Source of the DNA: the human T2T-CHM13v2.0 reference genome, Homo sapiens
NCBI RefSeq assembly: GCF_009914755.1
Contig: NC_060947.1
DNA length: 64,000 bases
Reading direction: 5' to 3' (one strand)
Part shown: in pieces, positions 53,283 to 64,000 of the stretch
Layout of the letters: the number at the start of each line of letters is the position of its first letter
Position numbering within the stretch: position 1 is the first letter of the stretch
Translations under genes and position numbers: made by a program
The notes under the pieces: generated by a model
Databases searched by the model: none
The model's input: only the letters and a program-made list of their open reading frames with translations
What the model was told of the DNA's origin: nothing

Positions 53283-56200
53283 ATTATTATTATTATTTTC
53301 TTATACTTTAAGTTCTAGGGTACATGTGCACAACGTGCAAGTGTGTTACACATGTATACATGTGCCATGTTGGTGTGCTGTACCCATTAACTCGTCATTT
53401 ACATTAGGTATATCTGCTAATGCTATCCCTTCCCACTCTCCCCACCCCCTGACAGGCCCCAGTGTGTGATGTTCCCCATCCTGTGTCCAAGTGTTCTCAT
53501 TGTTCAGTTCCTACCTATGAGTGAGAACATGTGGTGTTTGGTTTTCTGTCCTTTCGACAGTTTGCTGAGAATGATGGTTTCCAGCTTCATCCATGTCCCT
53601 ACAAAGGACATGAACGCATCGTTTTTTATGGCTGCATAGTATTCCATGGTGTATATGTGCCACATTTTCTTAATCCAGTCTATCATCGATGGACATTTGG
53701 GTTGGTTCCAAGTCTTTGCTATTGTGAATAATGCCGCAATAAACATACGTGTGCATGTGTCTTTATAGCATGATTTATAATCCTTTGGGTATGTACCCAG
53801 TAATGGGATGGCTGGGTCAAATGGTATTTCTAGTTCTAGATCCTTGAGGAATAGCCACACTGTCTTCCACAATGGTTGAACTAGTTTACAGTCCCACCAA
53901 CAGTGTAAAAGTGTTCCTATTTCTCCACATCCTCTCCAGCACCTGTTGTTTCCTGACTTTTGAATGATCGCCATTCTAACTGGTGTGAGATGGTATCTCA
54001 TTGTGGTTTTGATTTGCATTTCTCTGATGGCCAGTGATGATGAGCATTTTTTCGTGTGTCTTTTGGCTGCATAAATGTCTTCTTTTGAGAAGTGTCTGTT
54101 CATATCCATTGCCCCCTTTTTGATGGGGTTGTTTGATTTTTTTTATTGTAAATTTGTTTAAGTTCTTTGTAGATTCTGGATATTAGCCCTTTGTCAGATG
54201 GGTAGAGTGTAAAAATTTTCTCCCATTCTGTAGGTTGCCTGTTCACGCTGATGGTAGTTTCTTCTGTTGTGCAGAAGAGAAGCTCTTTAGGTTAATTAGA
54301 TCCCATTTGTCAAGGTTTGGCTTTTGTTGCCATTGCTTTTGGTATTTTAGTCATGAAGTCCTTGCCCATACCTATGTCCTGAATGGTATTGCCTAGGTTT
54401 TCTTCTAGGGTTTTTATGGTTTTGGGTCTAACATTTAAGTCTAATCCATCTTGAATTAATTTTCATATTAGGCGTAAGAAAGGGATCCAGTTTCAGCTTT
54501 CTCCACATGGCTAGCCAGTTTTCCCAGCACCATTTATTAAATAGGGAATCCTTTCCCCATTTCTTGTTTTGTGTCAGGTTTGTCAAAGATCAGATGGTTG
54601 TAGATGTGTGGTATTATTTCTGAGGGCTCTGTTCTGTTCCATTGGTCTGTATCTCTGTTTTGGTACCTGTACCATGCTATTTTGGTTACTGTAATCTTGT
54701 AGTATAGTTTGAAGTCAGGTAGCGTGATGCCTCCAGCTTTGTTCTTTTGACTTAGGATTGACTTGGCAATGCGGGCTCTTTTTTGGTTCCATGTGAACTT
54801 TAAAGTAGTTTTTTCCAATTCTGTGAAGAAAGTCATTGGTAGCTTGATGGGGATGGCATTGAATCTATAAATTACCTTGGGCAGTATGGCCATTTTCTCG
54901 ATGTTGATTCTTCCTATCCATGAGCCTGTAATGTTTTTCCATTTGTTTGTGTCCTCTTTTATTTCATTGAACAGTGGTTTGTAGTTCTCCTTGAAGAGGT
55001 CCTTCACATCCCTTGTAAGTTGGATTTCTAGGTATTTTATTCTCTTTGAAGCAGTTTTGAATGGGAGTTCACTCATGATTTGGATCTCTGTTTGTCTGTT
55101 ATTGGTGTTATAAGAGTGCTTGTGGTTTTTGCACATTGATTTTGTATCCTCAGACTTTGCTGAAGTTGCCTATCAGCTTCAGGAGATTTTGGGCTGAGAC
55201 GATGGGGTTTTCTAGATATACAATCATGTCATCTGCAAACAGGGACGATTTGGCTTCCTCTTTTCCGAATTGAATACCCTTTATTTCTTTCTCCTGCCCG
55301 ATTGCCCTGGCCAGAACTTCCAACACTATATTGAATAGGAGTGGTGAGAGAGGGCATCCCTGTCTTGTGCCAGTTTTCAAAGGGAATGCTTCCCGTTTTT
55401 GCCCATTCAGTATGATATTGGCTGTGGGTTCGTCATAGATAGCTCTTACTATTTTGAGATATGTCCCATCAATACCTAATTTATTGAGAGTTTTTAGCAT
55501 GCAGGGTTGTTGAGTTTTGTCAAAGGCCTTTTCTGCATCTATTGAGATAATCATATGGTTTTTGTCTTTGGTTCTGTTTATATGCTGGATTACATTTCTT
55601 GATTTGCGTATGTTGAAGCAGCCTTGCATCTGTGGGATGAAGCCCGCTTGATCATGGTGGATAAGCTTTTTGATGTGCTGTTGGATTCGGTTTGCTAGTA
55701 TTTTATTGAGGATTTTTGCATCGATGTTCATCAGGGATACTAGTCTAAAATTCTCTTTTTTTGTTGTGTCTCTGCCCGGCTTTGGTATCAGGATGATGCT
55801 GCCCTCATCAAATGGGTTAGGGAGGATTCCTTCTTTTTCTGTTGATTGGGATCGTTTCAGAAGGAATGGTACCGGCTCCTTCTTGTACCTCTGGTAGAAT
55901 TCGGTTGTGAATCCATCTGGTCCTGGACTTTTTTTGGTTGGTAAGCTATTAATTATTGCCTCAATTTCAGATCCTTTTATTTGTCTATTCAGAGATTCAA
56001 CTTCCTGGTTTAGTCTTGGGTTGCTGTATGTGTCGAATAATTTATCCATTTCTTCTAGATTTTCTAGTTTATTTGCATAGAGGTGTTTATAGTATTCTCT
56101 GATGGTAGTTTGTATTTCTGTGGGATCGGTGGTGATATCCCCTTTATTATTTTTTATTGTGTCTATTTGATTCTTCTTTCTTTTGTTCCTTATTTGTCTT

Positions 56201-56838
56201 GCTAGCGGTCTATTAATTTTGTTGATCTTTTCAAAAAACCAGCTCCTGGATTCATTGGTTTTTTTGAAGCGTTTTTTTGTATGTCTATTTCCTTCAGTTC
56301 TGCTCTGATCTTAGTTATTTCTTGCCTTCTGCTAGCTTTTGAATGTGTTTGCTGTTGCTTCTCTAGTGCTTTTAATTGTGATGTTAGGGTGTCTATTTTA
56401 GATCTTTCCTGCGTTCTCTTGTGGGCATTTAGTGCTATAAATTTCCCTCTACACACTGCTTTGAATGTGTTCCAGAGATTCTGGTATGTTGTGTCTTTGT
56501 TCTCGTTGATTTCAAAGAACATCTTTTTTTCTGACTTCATTTCGTTATGTACCCAGTAGTCATTCAGGAGCAGGTTGTTCAGTTTCCATGTAGTTGAGTG
56601 GTTTTGAGTGAGTTTCTGAATCCTGAGTTCTAGTTTGATTGCACTGTGGTCTGAGAGACAGTTTGTTATAATTTCTGTTCTTTTCCATTTGCTGAGGAGT
56701 GCTTGACTTCCAACTATGTGGTCAGTTTTGGAATAAGAGCGATGTGGTGCTGAGAAGAATGTATATCCTGTTGATTTGGGGTGGAGAGTTCTGTAGATGT
56801 CTATTCGGTCCGCTTGGTGCAGAGCTGAGTTCAATTCC
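53283..56838 (-). mobile_element. L1PA4/5-like element, 3' (non-inverted) segment: ORF2 from the late EN domain to the 3' UTR
   Basis: Fragmented ORF2 frames including RT ([16 protein letters not shown]) and the C-terminal CWWDC region. Confidence 0.95.
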
Positions 56839-58495
56839 AGAAGGAGAACTAACAAACAGAAAGGACATCCCCCGCAAACACCTTCTGTTCGTCACCGTCA
56901 TCAAAGACCAAAGGTAGATAAAACCACAAAGATGGGGAAAAAACAGAGCAGAAAAACTGGAATCTCTGAAAATCAGAGTGCCTCTCCTCCTCCAAAGGAA
57001 CGCTGCTCCTCACCAGCAACAGAACAAAGCTGCACGGAGAATGACTTTGACGAGTTGAAGGAAGAATGCTTCAGACGATCAAACTACTCTGAGCTAAAGG
57101 AGGAAGTTCGAACCAATGGCAGAGAAGTTAAAATCCTTGAAAAAAAAATTGATGAATCGCTAACTAGAATAAGCAATGCAGAGAAGTCCTTAAAGGACCT
57201 GATGGAGCTGAAAACCAAGGCACGAGAACTACATGATGAATGCAGAAGCCTCAGTAGCCAATGTGATCAACTGGAAGAAAGGGTATCAGTGATGGAAGAT
57301 CACATGAGTGAAATGAAGCGAGAAGAGCAGTTTAGAGAAAAAGAATAAAAAGAAATGAACAAAGCCTCCTTGAAATACGGGATTATGTGAAAAGAGCAAA
57401 TCTACGTCTGATTGGTGTACCTGAAAGTGATGGGGAGAATGGAACCAAGCTGGAAACCACTCTGCAGGATATTATCCAGGAGAACTTCCCCAATCTAGCA
57501 AGGCAGGCCAACATTCAGATTCAGGAAATGCAGAGAACGCCACAAAGATACTCCTCGAGAAGAGCAACTCCAAGACATATAATTGTCAGATTCACCAAAG
57601 TTGAAATGAAGGAAAAAATATTAAGGGCAGCCAGAGAGAAAGGTCGGGTTACCCAGTAAGGGAAGCCGGTCAGACTAACAGCTGATCTCTCGGCAGGAGC
57701 TCTACAAGCCAGAAGAGAGTGGGGGCCAATATTCAACATTCTTAAAGAAAAGAATTTTCACCAGAAATTCATATCCAGCCAAACTAAGCTTCATAAGTGA
57801 AGGAGACATAAAATCCTTTATAGACAAGCAAATGCTGAGAGATTTTGTCACCACCAGGCCTGCCCTGAAAGAGCTCTTGAAGGAAGCACTGAACATGGAA
57901 AGGAACAACCAGTAGAGCCACTGCAAAAACATGCCAAAGTGTAAAGACCATCGAGGCTAGGAAGAAACTGCATCAACTAAGGAGCACAATAACCAGCTAA
58001 CATCATAATGACAGGATCAAATTCACACATAACAATATTAACCTTAAATGTAAATGGGCTAAATGCTCCAATTAAAAGACACAGACTGGCAAATTGGATA
58101 AAGAGTCACGACCCATCAGTGTGCTGTATTCAGGAAACCCATCTCACGTGCAGAGACACACATAGGCTGAAAATAAAGGGATGGAGGAAGATCTCCCAAG
58201 CCAATGGAAAACAAAACAAGGCAGGGGTTGCAATCCTAGTGTCTGATAAAACAGACTTTAAACCAGTAAAGATCAAAAGAGACAAAGAAGGCCATTCCAT
58301 AATGGTAAAGGGATCAATTCAACAAGAAGAGCTAACTATCCTAAATATATACGCAGCCAATACAGGAGCACCCAGATTCATAAAGGAAGTCCTTAGAGAC
58401 CTACAAAGGGACCTAGACTCCCACACAATAATAATGGGAGACTTTAACAACCCACTGTCAACATTAGACAGATCAGCGAGACAGAAAATTAACAA
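56836..58495 (+). mobile_element. Inverted 5' segment of the same L1PA (end of 5' UTR, ORF1, start of ORF2)
   Basis: MGKKQSRKTG ORF1 with stops; ORF2 MTGSNSHITILTLNVNG from 58008; ends at gagacagaaaattaacaa. Confidence 0.93.
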
Positions 58496-61030
58496 TAAGT
58501 TTCAAAGAATGAAAATGAATCAAGCAGAGATTGTAGAGCTGAAAAATGCAAGTGATAGGCTGCAGAATCTCTCAAATTCTGTTAATAGCAGAATCAATCA
58601 ACAGAAGATGGAATTAATAAGCTTGAAGAAAGGCTATTTGAAAATAGTCTTTTGTCAGAAAAGACAAAAGAAAAACCGAGTAGAAAGCAATGAAGCATGT
58701 CTACAGGATCTAGAAAATAGCTTCAAAAGGACAAATCTAAGAGTTATTGGCCTTAAGGAGGAGGTACAGAAACACATAGGAGTAGAAAGTTTCTCCAAAG
58801 AGATTATAATAGAGAACTTCCCAAACCTAGAGAAAGAGACACATATCCAAGTACAAGAATGTTATAGAACACCAAGGAGACTTAACTGAAAGAAGGGTGC
58901 TTCAAGTTATTCAGTAATGAAACTCCCAAAAATCAAGGATAAAGAATTTTTCTTAAAGCAGCAAGAGAAGAGAAACAAATAACATCCAATGGAGCTCCAA
59001 TATGTCTGGCAGCAGACTTTTCAGTGGAAACCTTACAGGCCCGGAGAGAGTGGCATGACATATTTAAAGTGCTGAAAGAAAAAAATTTTAACCTTAGAAT
59101 AATATATCTGCAACAACTATCCTTCAAACATGAAGGAGAAATAAAAATGGGCCCAGAGAATCAAAACCTGAGGGATTTCATCATCACTAGCCCTGTCCTG
59201 CAAGAAATGTTACAAGGAGTATTTCAATCAGAAAGAAAAGGACAGTACTGAACAATAAGTTATCAACGGAAGGTACAAAACTCAGTGGTCATTGTAAGTA
59301 CACAGAAAGACAGAATATTATAAAAAAGTAACTGTAGTGTGTAAACCGCTCTTATTCTAAGTAGAAAGACTAAGGATAAACCAGTCAAAATGGAAAAGCA
59401 CAACTTTTCAAGACATAGTCAACACAATGAGATACAAAAGGAAATGACAAAAAATTAGAAAGCGGTGGGACAAAGTTAAGATGCAGCTTTATTAGTTTTA
59501 TTTTTGTTTGCTGTTTGTTTGTCAACATCGTCTTAAGTAAATATCAGATTAAAAATAATGGTTTATAAGATATTATTTGCAAGCCTCAAGGTAACCTGAA
59601 ACTAAAGAACATGCAATATATACACAAAAATTCAAAGGCAAGGAACTAAATCATCTACCCACAGAAAAATCATCCTCACTAAGAAAAGACAGAAAGGAAC
59701 GAAAGAAGGAAGATAAGATCACAAAAACATCTGAACATAAAAATGAAAATGACAGGAGTAAGTTCCTACTTATCAATAGTAACATTGAATGTAAATGGGC
59801 TAAACTCTTCCATGAAAAGACATAGACTGGCTGAATGTATGAAAAAACAAGACACATTGATCTGTTGCCTGCCAGAAACACACTTCACTTCTAAAGACAC
59901 ACGTAGACTGAAAATAAAGCGATAGAAAAAGATGCTCCATGCGAATGGAACCAAAAAGAAGCAGGATTAGCTATATTCCTTGGAAACAAAATAGATTTCA
60001 AGACACAAAATGTAAGAGGAAAAAAAGTCACTATATAATAATGAAGGGATCAGTTCAACAAAAGGCTATAAGAACTTTACATATATGTGCACCCAACCCT
60101 GTAGCACCAAGGTATATAAAGGAAACACTATTACAACTAATGGGAGAGATAGGTCCCAATAGCATAATGGCTGGGGGCTTCAACACCCTACTTTCAGCAT
60201 TGGACAGTTCTTCCAGACATAAAATCAACACAGAAACATCACACTTAATGTACATTACAGACCAAATGGATGTAACAGACATTTACAAAACACTTCTTCC
60301 AAGGACTGCAAAATACACCTTCTTTTACCCAGCACGTGGATCATTCTCAAGGTTAGAATATATGTTAGGTCATAAAACAAGTCTTAAAACATCAACATTC
60401 AAAGAAATTGAAATAATATCAAGCTTCTTCTCTGACCACCAAAAAACAAAAAAAGAAAATCCCGAAAATAACAAGGGGAACTTTGAAAATTATACAAATC
60501 CATAGAATTAAAAAAAAATATGCTCCTGAATGACCCACAGGTCAATGAAGAAATTAAAAACTAAATTGTAAAATTTCTCAAAATAAATGATCATGGAAAC
60601 ACAACATACCAAAACCCATGGGATACAGCAAAAGCAGTATTAAGAGGGAAGTTTATAGCTATAAGTGCCTACATTGAAAAAGAGGAACACCTGCAAATAA
60701 TTCATGACGCATCTTAAAAAAACAGAAAAATAAGCTCAAACTGAACCCCAAATCAGTAGAAGAAAAGAAATAATAAAAGACCAGAGCAGAAATAAATGAA
60801 AGTAAAATGAAGAAAGTCAAAACACTATCAAGGAAACAAAAAGTTGGGTTTTTTTTTAAAGCTGTACAAAATTGAGAAACCTGTAGCCAATCTAAGGAAG
60901 AAAAAGGAGAGAAGATCGAGATAAATAAACTCCAAAATTGAAAGGAGACATTACAGGCTAAAGCTGCAAAAATTCAAAGGGCTCTTGTGGTGACCGTGGG
61001 AAACTGTATGTGAATAAATTGGAAGATCTC
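58496..61030 (+). mobile_element. Older L1 (L1MA/L1PB-type): ORF1 3' half, long spacer, ORF2 EN region
   Basis: NLRVIGLKEE and TLQARREWHDIFKVLKEKN (ORF1); MTGVSSYLSIVTLNVNGLNS (ORF2). Confidence 0.88.
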
Positions 61031-61039
61031 CCTGAAATG

Positions 61040-64000
61040 AAAATTACTTCCTGCTGACGAGGGGACGGAGAGTTTTTTGGGTTGACAGTAGGAGCAATGC
61101 CGTCTGTAGATGTTTTTGGGTAGTTGTCTGTGAAATGGCCGTGATCCTGTTAGTTAAAATTTTCCGAGAAAGGTTAATTAGGCAGGGTAAGAAAATTAGT
61201 CCCAGGCATATTATTAGGAGAGGGCCCAGAAATACGATGACCCATGCTATGATTGTGTTCCCAAACCAAGAACTTATTTGGTTGTTTTGGTACTCCCTTA
61301 GCTTTTTAGCCTTTTCTTTATGTTTGTTTTAGCAGCGTTTTTTAACTAGGCCTGATTGGTTGATAAAGAAACAATATTCCTTACCTAATGAGAGGTAGAA
61401 GCACATGTTTGGAAAGGCCCATGTGTTAGTTTCTGTTAGTAAGCGTTATTCCTGCTAAGATGCTAATAATTAAGCAAAATGCTACAGTAATTGAGATTGT
61501 TTTTGTCTGACATTTTACCCTGAGGGTGCTACAGTATATAGTTTTACTGCAAATAGTAGAGTGAGTAAAGCAGTTTCCACAAGGGTGGTGTAGTCAATAA
61601 TTTCCATTAAAAAGTTGTAATATTTGGCTTGAAAGGAGAGGTAGGAATGACAAAAGTGTATGGTGAGGTAGGGGTGAGACTGAGTAAGACGAGCAATTCT
61701 TTCTCGGTTATTTATTTTTTATGATTTTTAGCTTACGATTTCCTATTTCTTTATTTGCTCCTGTGAGGGTTAGGGGGCTTAGAGGCAGTGCCTGCTGAAA
61801 CATCTAGTTTCCAGTTTATAGGGCTTTAAGAAAGCACAGCTTATTTTGAAGTCTTGTAGTCAGAAAAATTAGAACTTAATTTAAACAGTAGCAAATAATA
61901 ACTGAAAAACATCAGGCAACTCTAGAATTTAACAAGAGGGATGTCATAGTTTTGGAAACATAATTTCCTCTCTCCACTTTCCCATTTTTATTAAAAGACA
62001 AATTATGGTAGGTTTGCTTTAGGATACTTGGCTTACTTATTTGCATACAGTGCTGCAAGAATAATTATTTGTTACATAGGCCTTTTAAATGGGCTTTGAT
62101 GGAATTTGGTTTTGTAGAAGCAATCTGAGATAAAAGACTTTTGAAAGCCAAGCCCAGCCATGGATTTGTACCATTAAATACCTATGAGTTGGGTGAATTC
62201 CTCTCCTCTTGATGTTTCAAGATAACTTAGGGTTCCTGGCCTGGTAGAAAGTGACATGTTTTATTTACCACAGATCACAACCCCTGTACGGGGACTGTGT
62301 ACACAAAATATGAGGCCAGTTTTTCAAGGGCTTTATTGGCTTTATAAGTTAAAGCTGGATTCCTTAAAGGAAAAGCACACCATTCCAGTTAAAGCCTTGG
62401 TAAGAATAACCAGTTTTTCCAATCGTGTCCCGTTACAAAAGAAAACAGATTCTTGTTGTATTTATGCAAATAACTATATTGCCATAACTTAAGAATACTC
62501 ATAGATAGTTTCCAAATTTTGGAGAGAATCAGGTAGAGAGAAACAAGTATCCTCCAAATTTTGTTGATGGGAGTTAACAGTTAAAAGTTAAACAGTTAAA
62601 AGTGAACAGTTAACTCCCATACATATGGGAGTTAGCAGTTAACAGTTAACAGTTAAAAGCTGTTAATCGCTTAAAAAGAGTTTCTTTGACTTTGAAAGGC
62701 AAAACAAAGGGTTAGCAATATTTTAAGCAAAACGTTAAACAGATTAGTTTCCTATTAGTTTGGTTTATGCAGTTAATTCCTGTCCTGCTTTTTATCAGAA
62801 ACCTGCAATCAGAGCTGTATAGCTGATTAGAAAACCACCCTTTGAAGAGGACTAAAACAAGACAACAATTGTTTATGGATGACAAAAAGTTTTAGGGTAG
62901 CCATAGTTAAAGACACAGTTGACAAAGATATCCGTTACCTCTGTGGCACACAATAATTTTAACAAAACAATTATAATTATTAGTGATAACGTACACTAAG
63001 ATATATTAGAATGATAGGAATCTGCCATAACTTTGGAACACATCCCAATAGCATATTTATACAACTATAGCCCAAAGAAAGCCAAATACCATTTTATATT
63101 TGACAATGCTTCCTGTATGATTTTATATCAAATAAGCCAAATTTTACCATTGTATTAGTGTGCTATTAATGTTAAGCTCCATTTTTCATAAAACCTTGTA
63201 GACGCATTTACCCAATGTTCATGTTTGACCGGAAGGTAAGGTTTTTATAGACCCTTTTTAACCGTTTATACTTTTTGTTAAAGAGCAGGTTAGTGCTTTA
63301 ACAGAAACCCATTGTGCTTTTATTTTAATGCTCGATTTACAGAAAACCTGAATGATACCCCTTTAACTTTAGCCAGTATGTACACACACGAAACTTTCTT
63401 TACAATTAACCTTCCAAAAGTTGCTTAAACCTTTAAAACAATTTTTTAACCTTTTAATGTAGGCAAAAATCCACATTCTTAGGCCTCCTTATAATCTTTT
63501 TACCAAAAGTATATTTTACTTTCCTTACACACCTTGCTCATAAACTATTTCTTCGGTAGTTTTAAATACGTGTTACACTGCTAACTTTTAGCAACCTTTA
63601 CTTTTGATGAAAACCTTGGTAAGTCTGGGAATCTAATTACGCACTAGGTGTAGGGCCTAGGACCCAGACGGAAGTGCGGAGAAGATCTGGCTTATTCCAG
63701 CATTTAACTCCATGTGTCCTAGGGTTTATTCAGCTGCAAAGCAGGCAAGCTGTACAGCTAAGAGTTAGAGTGAAATTGTATACAGCATTGAGGAGGCCGA
63801 ATTACTTTTAAATTGTGCGACATTTCTTGCACAAATTCCCTTTTATAAAATTCTTCAGGACTTTCACAGACAATTTCTGACATGCCTTACCTTTCTGACT
63901 TGTTGTAAAGTCATCCCTTTTTCTAAACAACAGTTAATTTACTTTAGGACAAAAATTTACCATGTGAGATTCTTTCTTATACCAATTATCTTTTCTTTAA
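61040..64000 (-). mobile_element. Non-autonomous ERV1 (MER4-group) internal region with env TM remnant
   Basis: Minus strand ~61400-61043 gives LSLGKEYCFFINQSGLVKNAA and then, after a frameshift, SWFGNTIIAWVIVFLGPLLIICLGLIFLPCLINL. The rest is MER4-int-like non-coding sequence. Confidence 0.8.

Noticed and set aside
53504-57659. Active L1 ORF1/ORF2
   Set aside because: Multiple stops and frameshifts, an inversion and a missing promoter make it retrotransposition-incompetent.
61043-61400. Domesticated env (syncytin-like) gene
   Set aside because: Only a frameshifted TM C-terminal remnant; no SU or fusion-peptide ORF.

Overview
Primate (probably human or great ape) genomic DNA, AT-rich and mostly made of interspersed repeats: Alu, L1, L2, L3/CR1, MIR, THE1/MST/MLT MaLR LTRs, MER11, MER4A, MER76-like LTRs, ERVL and ERV1 internal relics, and Tigger/hAT DNA transposons. 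No prokaryotic features, tRNA, rRNA or CRISPR are visible. Two non-repeat signals stand out. (1) A compact, apparently intact two-exon gene at about 0.4-1.45 kb. It has CCAAT and TATA boxes, a 189-nt GT-AG intron, an open 180-codon spliced frame and a poly(A) signal. It resembles the SPANX/SPANX-N testis family but carries a 5x18-aa Cys-containing N-terminal repeat. (2) A chain of + strand exon-like islands from 17.6 to 51 kb. Hand translation gives several disrupted C-type lectin-like motifs, suggesting a decayed multi-domain lectin gene. Also notable are a TSD-flanked retrocopied transcript 3' end (41.4-41.9 kb), a twin-primed 5'-inverted L1PA and a fold-back rearrangement inside an old L1. 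All family and subfamily calls come from recalled consensus sequences, not database searches, and the boundaries of old repeats are approximate.
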